Of a stretch of DNA of 25,759 nucleotides, positions 19,795 to 25,759 are shown piece by piece. Under the pieces are notes generated by a model. It did not search any database and was not told where the DNA came from. It saw only the letters and a list, made by a program, of their open reading frames with translations. The position numbers and the translations under genes were made by a program. The stretch comes from Hydrurus foetidus (lineage: Eukaryota): assembly GCA_900617105.1 (NCBI GenBank), contig UYFQ01000265.1:124001-149759 (forward strand), read 5' to 3'. Positions within the stretch are counted from its first letter, which is position 1. Each line of letters begins with the position of its first letter.

Positions 19795-22700
19795 ATGTCA
19801 TCACCACCTAACCCAAACCCTGATCCATCTCCTGAAGAGGAGGAGATTGCACGTCTGGCAGCTTTAGCCGCGCTCAACGATTCGACTATCTCAATGTCGA
19901 ACTCGCTGTTCCCAGCTTTCCCCTCGACGATGCAACTCCAGGGTGAGGTGTTCGTCCTCAGGCATAACTTCATTGATGAAGCTGATGCGACTGAGTTCTA
20001 CGAACAGGCTCAGAGGTACCCGTTGATGAAGCTAACCGATTGCATGCAGAAGCAGGCAATCGAGTTACTTAATTTCAGGATCATGATCGATCCTGAATTT
20101 AACATCATCGATAGACGACAACGCCATGATTGGCAGACTAAATTGTCGGTACTTCAGGTAGCCAAACTGATAATAAAGTACTTCTCGCCAAATGGTTTGG
20201 GAGAATGTACTCTGGCAGAGAGCTTTAGCCAAGTTCCCTTCCATTATCAGATCGCTAACCACGATCATGAGAATGCCACATTCGTACGTTACAACGAACT
20301 TGTGAGCACTTATGAGAGGTCTAAGGGACCATTATCAGAGACTCAGCATGCTGAGCTCATATTGATTTTGGAGAAGCGCCTAGCCAAGGGTAGTCAAATC
20401 CAACAGGATTACCTGAAAGCGAAAGCTGCTGACAATACCCCACCTCATACGTGGTATTCGACTATGCTACGCATTGGTCAGGTTCTTGCCGAGGCTAGGG
20501 CAATGATGAACCTCATCAAAAGCTATGGCAACCCGGACACGGTGTACTCGTTTCCTGCATCAGCAGTTCCACCAGACGTTGGTAAGAAGGAGACGAGTAG
20601 AGCGAGTGCTAAAGCACCCTCACCTACACCCTCCGCTTCGTCGAGATCAGTCACTGCTACTGTGCGTACCCCTAGCTCGTACGTTCCGACGCAGCACGGA
20701 CTCTCTGTCCGTGCTTCCACGGAAGTACCGCTCGTACCGATGTTTCGTCCGTGCCGGTCGTGCGGAGCTACGTCGCACACGTTGGCAGACTGCCCCATCT
20801 TGTATTACTCCGACTCCAACACGAATCACCAAGTTGAGTGGGAGAGTTCTACAGTGGGGATGGCTTGGGCCGCGGTGGGGTACTCTGAATGGCAACTCAA
20901 CCTCGTCCTTCCAGGATACGAGGAACGAGTTCAGTTCTACCCCAGAGGTTCTAAACCTTACTTGATGTGTAACGACAACAAGCGCGCCAAGAACAGCCAT
21001 GGTTCTGGGAACCACTCCAACACCTCGGATGGTTCAGATCGTTTCAACCAGGGTCAAGGGGGATCTCCCAAAACCAATCTGGTTATGGTAACCAGGGTAA
21101 CCAGGGGGGTGGTAGAGGTAAGCAAAGGGAAATCAAAACCCCAATGCGAACCAAAACCAGGGCCGTGGGTACGGCGGTAAGGGTAAATACAACCCCCCGC
21201 AGGGACACAACCCTCCTCCCAACACTCAGCCGGGACAGAACCAGGGTAAGAACCTTGCCCATGACTGCGTGGCTGCCACTTTCGATGATGATGTCTTTAA
21301 TCTGACTGATGATCATCTCGAAGTGCTGCCACTTGTACCTATTCGTGAAGAATTTTTACATACCCCTTCCACCCTCGCTTCTCACCACCTTAACGTTACG
21401 GTTATTGTGCAGGATAAGGACAGGACAGGCCCAGCAAGCGAGCTGCATGCCGTAATGGATACGGCCAATTATTCTGATAATTTTATTTCAAATGATATGA
21501 TTGAAAAATTAAATGCTACTCATTTATGTTATCCTGCTCTTAAAGCCATAACTGTTTGTAGCGGTCTCGATGGCCAATGCTACTTAAATAACGAAATTTG
21601 CGATTTAAAAACCTTTTTCATTCTTACGATGGTGAATGCCATAGCATCAGCCTACCCATGAGGGTCAATCGGAAAACCGACATCGACATTTTATTTAGCC
21701 GTGAAACGGTAAATAAGTATGATTTTTGGACGTTAACTCCGTTTGCATTCGGCATTTCTCCTGAGCTAAGTGCTGAGAATAAGAGAAAGAGCGATGCTCG
21801 CAGACGCGAATTCGAAAGAAAAGAAGCTTTGGATAAACTCGATCCGTTGTTTCAACACAAATATACGCGTCGTATGATAGCGTTGGGTGCCGAACCTGAT
21901 ACAGCCGTAGTCGAGTCTTTAACACCTCACTACGACAAGCTGAAATATCCAGGCGGTAAACCACCCTCTAAAAAGAGAGAAACACACGGATCTATCGAGT
22001 ATCCAAACAAGAAGAGCATATTGCATGGTCAATCTTCTTCGAAGAGCAACGTCTCTTGTGTCCATACAATGTCGACATGTAACGATACTCAGATGGAGAT
22101 CGAGGGAGTCGCGACCCAAGATCCCTGTGGTGTTGTAGGTTGTGAGCGACTGAATAGTGTCACTACTATTCTCGCAAAACGTACGGGTGATACACCGCAC
22201 CTAGGTGGCGACCAGATTCCCACCCCTACAAACACTTCTGAGGACTCTGATACCTTAGACTATGTCACTGAGCCTTTATGGCCCAGTGGTGTCGCACTCT
22301 CAGTTGACGAGATTGACGATGGCAAGATAGATACGTTTGCCCCCTTCTTGGCGGAGAAACCTAGTCAAGATGACTTGCCCAAAGGGCCAGAGGATTTCCT
22401 CAAAGAGATTACCTTTGAAGGAGATGAAAGCTTTCAGAGGAAGCTCCGAGAGCTCTGTTCTGAATATTCAGACATCTTCAGTGATCAATTAGCTGAGAAA
22501 CCAGCGTCCCTTTGAGATTAACATCCCACTTGAGTTGTGGGAAAAAGACGAAAACCGTACGCCGGTACGTCCCCAGTCATCAACAAAAGAGGTTGCTCTC
22601 AAAGAAAACCTTGACGAGATGCTTGCATCGGGAGTTATAGAGCGATCAGATGCCGCTTATTACAGTCATCCTGTAATAGTAACTAAGTCACCCGGTAAAT

Positions 22701-25210
22701 TTCGAACCTGCATCGATTACCGGCCACTTAATAGGTGTCTTAAGCCGGCCTCATTCCCGTTACCAAATATCAAACACCTCTTTGAGAGGATCGGTAATAA
22801 AAAACCGGATATTTTTGGTGTGATGGATTTAACCGCTGGTTACCATCAAGCACCGTTACACCCCGCACACCGCATTTTTACGGCATTCATATGCTTTGCG
22901 GGGGTATTTCAGTTTACGAGACTGCCCTTTGGTCCGTGTCGAGCCCCCTCTTACTTTCAAGAGCAGATGGTAACGGCGGTCCTCTATGGCCTTATCTATC
23001 ATTGTTGCGAGATGTATCTCGACGATTGTATAGTATATGGCAAGGGTGAAGCAGAGTTTCTAACTAACTTGAAAAAAGTTTTTGCAAGATTTAGACTTAA
23101 GGGTCTAAGACTCAAAGCTAAAAAATGCCGTTTCGGCCTTCCACGTATTGAATACGTTGGCAGAGTCGTTGACAAAGATGGTTTATCCATGTCAAAAGAG
23201 AAGATAGAAACAGTTTTAAACTTTTCTATACCTAAAAATTTAACCTTACTCAGGTCATTTTTAGGTTTAGCAAACTATTTTCGACAGTTTGTACCAATGC
23301 ATTCCACTTTGGTTAAGCCAATGCAGGATATGATTGATCACTCTGCTCCGAGACGTTCTGCTGTAGTTTGGACTCAAAAGAGCACCAACTCATTTGTTGA
23401 CACAAAGATTGCTATATCTCGTTGTCCATTAATGTACTTCATTGATGACAATAAGTTAGACATCCGCTGTATACAGACGCGTCCGACTTTGGTATCGGTG
23501 GTGTCTTATTCCAAGTTGTTGGTGCCATTTGGCAACCAATTGCTTTCATTAGCAAATCGTTGACACCCACACAAATAAGGTGGTCTACGATACAAAAGAG
23601 GCTTATGCCATCTTCTATTGTTGTACACAACTCGATTATCTAATCAGAGATCGTACGTTCACTATCCATACGGATCACTTGAACATAACATATATGAAAC
23701 AAAATCCTACCTCAATGGTGGCGAGATGGTTCATTGCTATGCAAGAACTAGATTTTACCGTGGTATTCGTACCCGGTACTTCGAATGTTTTGGCAGACGC
23801 ACTGTCAAGGCTATGTCCTAATCTGACAGAAATTGCTCTGCCGTTACGAACAGAAGAATTGGAATTACTTCCTACTTCATCATCTTCTTTCACTGTATCA
23901 GCTCTGACGGTCATAGAACCGGCTTCAGACGATCAGTTAGAATACATTCAAATGTGCCACAATGCAATTGTCGGTCACAACGGCGTAGACCGTACCCTTA
24001 CTCGGTTGTTTAGTTTACAACAAGTTTGGAAACACATGAAACAACATGTACGTACGTTCATACAGAACTGTCCGTGTTGTCAAAAGTTGAGTGCAAAAGA
24101 TCCTAAGATCAATGCGTCTCATTTTGCAACTTCAAATTATGCTATCTTCGATACGCTAAATGTTGACTATATTGGTCCATTTCCTGACAAAGGTTATATC
24201 CTTGTCATCATCGATACATTCACACGATGGACAGAATTGTTCTGGTGTGCAGACGCAGATGCTAAATCAGCAGCTGACTGTTTGCTTGCGCATTTTGGTC
24301 GATTTGGATCACCAAATATGATTAGATCTGATCGAGGATCACATTTCGCAAATGAATTGATCAAAGAATTCTTAGATCTTTGTGGACACCACATAATCTC
24401 ACCCTTGCTTACTCGAAACAAGAGAATGCAATTGTTGAAAGAGTCAACAAAGAGGTGAATAGACACTTAAGAGGTTTAGTTTTTGATAAACAAACCCTTG
24501 AGGGATATGCTAAGTCAATCCCATTCGTGCAACGTATTATTAACAGTTCAGTTAATAGACGCACAGGTGTCTGCCCCGCTCATTTATTGTTTGGGAACAA
24601 ACTTGATTTGAATCGTGGTATTCTCACTCCACACTTAAGTGTCGGAACACATTCAAGATCAACGTACATATCAGATTTGATAAGTGTACAAGACAAAGTA
24701 CTTGAAACTGCGGTTCAAACTTTGTTAAAAGCTGATGCTAAAAAAGCCGCGTCAGCTGAATCAGCGACTGTGTTCCCCGTGGGGTCATATGTCTTATGCC
24801 GATACACTGATCGACCTCCAACTCGATTACATACTAAGTGGCATGGCCCTTACTGTATTGTCTCCTTTAAGGGGTCCGAGTACGTTCTCGCAAATCTTGT
24901 AAATCACAAGACACGAAGTGTTCACGTCAAAAATTTGAAAATATTCAATTATGACCCAGAGGTAGATATACCTGCTGACACTGCTCGTCGTGATTACATG
25001 GAGTTCGTGGTTGAGAAAGTTCGGGGTCACGCAGGTGACACCAAGAAACCGACTACAATGTCGTTCCATGTTAAATGGCTCAACTACGATGACTCTCATA
25101 ATACATGGGAGCCGTGGAAATCACTACGGCTCTGTGAAGCACTCCATGATTATTTACGGGATAATAAAATGAAACATTTCATTCCCAAAAACATTGAGAC
25201 ATCAGCCTAA
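19795..25210 (+). pseudogene. gag-pol: Gypsy-B2 gag-pol (Gag, PR, RT, RNase H, INT, chromodomain) broken by about seven frameshifts
   Basis: CRSCGATSHTLADC; MDTANY; FRTCIDYRPLN, MDLTAGYHQ, LPFGPCRAP, YLDD; YTDASDFGIGG (shifted frame), ADALSRLC; CHNAIVGH...CPCC; VDYIGP / SDRGSHF / IVERVNK; WHGPY; FHVKWLNY...NTWEPW. Confidence 0.94.
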
Positions 25211-25278
25211 GTTGCTGATCTCGAACGTATTATCTTTTGAAGATTTTTCCTAATTTTCCCTCTATGAGGTTTTATGGT

Positions 25279-25304
25279 TTTAGTCAGTAAAAATCTGACA
25301 TAAT
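25279..25304 (+). promoter_or_regulatory. Conserved 3'-UTR stem-loop motif (Gypsy-B2 copy)
   Basis: TTTAGTCAGTAAAAATCTGACATAAT; GTCAG/CTGAC stem with a 7-nt A-rich loop; shared with Gypsy-A. Confidence 0.7.
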
Positions 25305-25530
25305 TACGTATCGAGGTCTCGTGCGCAAGTACATGGTACTAGGCACCCACCTTATCGCCTTAGACCGACCCACCACTCTGTCTATTTTTATAGATTTTTA
25401 TTTTTGTACATTTAAGTTTTTTGAGATTTACATTTTTGTAATCTTTTTCTTTATTCTTCCTTAGTTAGTTTAAGCTGTATTAGATTTTTGTACAAAACGT
25501 GATGGTCGCGTCATAGATTCTTTTTCTTCG

Positions 25531-25551
25531 AAAAAAGATAAGTGGGGGTAA
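25531..25551 (+). promoter_or_regulatory. Gypsy-B2 polypurine tract
   Basis: AAAAAAGATAAGTGGGGGTAA abuts TGTGGTC. Confidence 0.88.
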
Positions 25552-25758
25552 TGTGGTCGGATCGGCTATACCGGGCCTACGGGCCGTACCGGACCTAGTC
25601 CCGATCCATTCGATCCTACCGCCTACTGTACACTTACATCTCTAGCGCAGCTGCTAGCTAGCTCTAGCCTACTCGTAGAAGTTCTTCCTAGCTTCTAGCT
25701 TAGCCTGTAACTAACTAACACCTCTATCTCTATCGACCTACTTCCTCTCCGGACTACA
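25552..25758 (+). repeat. Gypsy-B2 3' LTR (207 bp)
   Basis: Direct repeat of 19027-19233. Confidence 0.92.
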
Positions 25759-25759
25759 A

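Larger units (their letters stand above)
19027..25758 (+). mobile_element. Ty3/Gypsy chromovirus 'Gypsy-B2', full length with frameshifted gag-pol
   Basis: LTRs 19027-19233 and 25552-25758 (TG...CA), PPT and all Gypsy domains plus a chromodomain. Left flank is ACAG; the only visible right-flank base (25759) is A. Confidence 0.95.

Overview
Eukaryotic LTR-retrotransposon nest with no recognisable host gene. Two degenerate Ty1/Copia elements lie on the + strand. Copia-1 runs from before base 1 to ~10868 and Copia-2 from ~11163 to beyond the window end. Both have a non-HHCC integrase N-terminus reminiscent of stramenopile CoDi-type elements (inference). Three Ty3/Gypsy chromoviruses have inserted into them. 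Gypsy-A (4468-10214, minus) has an intact single gag-pol-chromodomain ORF, 260-bp LTRs differing at 4 sites and a 4-bp ACAG target-site duplication (TSD). Gypsy-B1 (14259-18171, minus) is 3'-truncated. Gypsy-B2 (19027-25758, plus) is full length but frameshifted, with 207-bp LTRs differing at 5 sites. A 166-bp fold-back MITE with a TAT TSD lies upstream of Copia-2 gag. The most unusual signal: none of the three Gypsy elements has a tRNA primer-binding site (PBS). Instead the 5' LTR end is fused to a perfect 12-nt palindrome inside a larger bulged inverted repeat that covaries between the two families, suggesting tRNA-independent priming. The two families also share a 26-nt stem-loop motif (25/26 identical) in their 3' UTRs.
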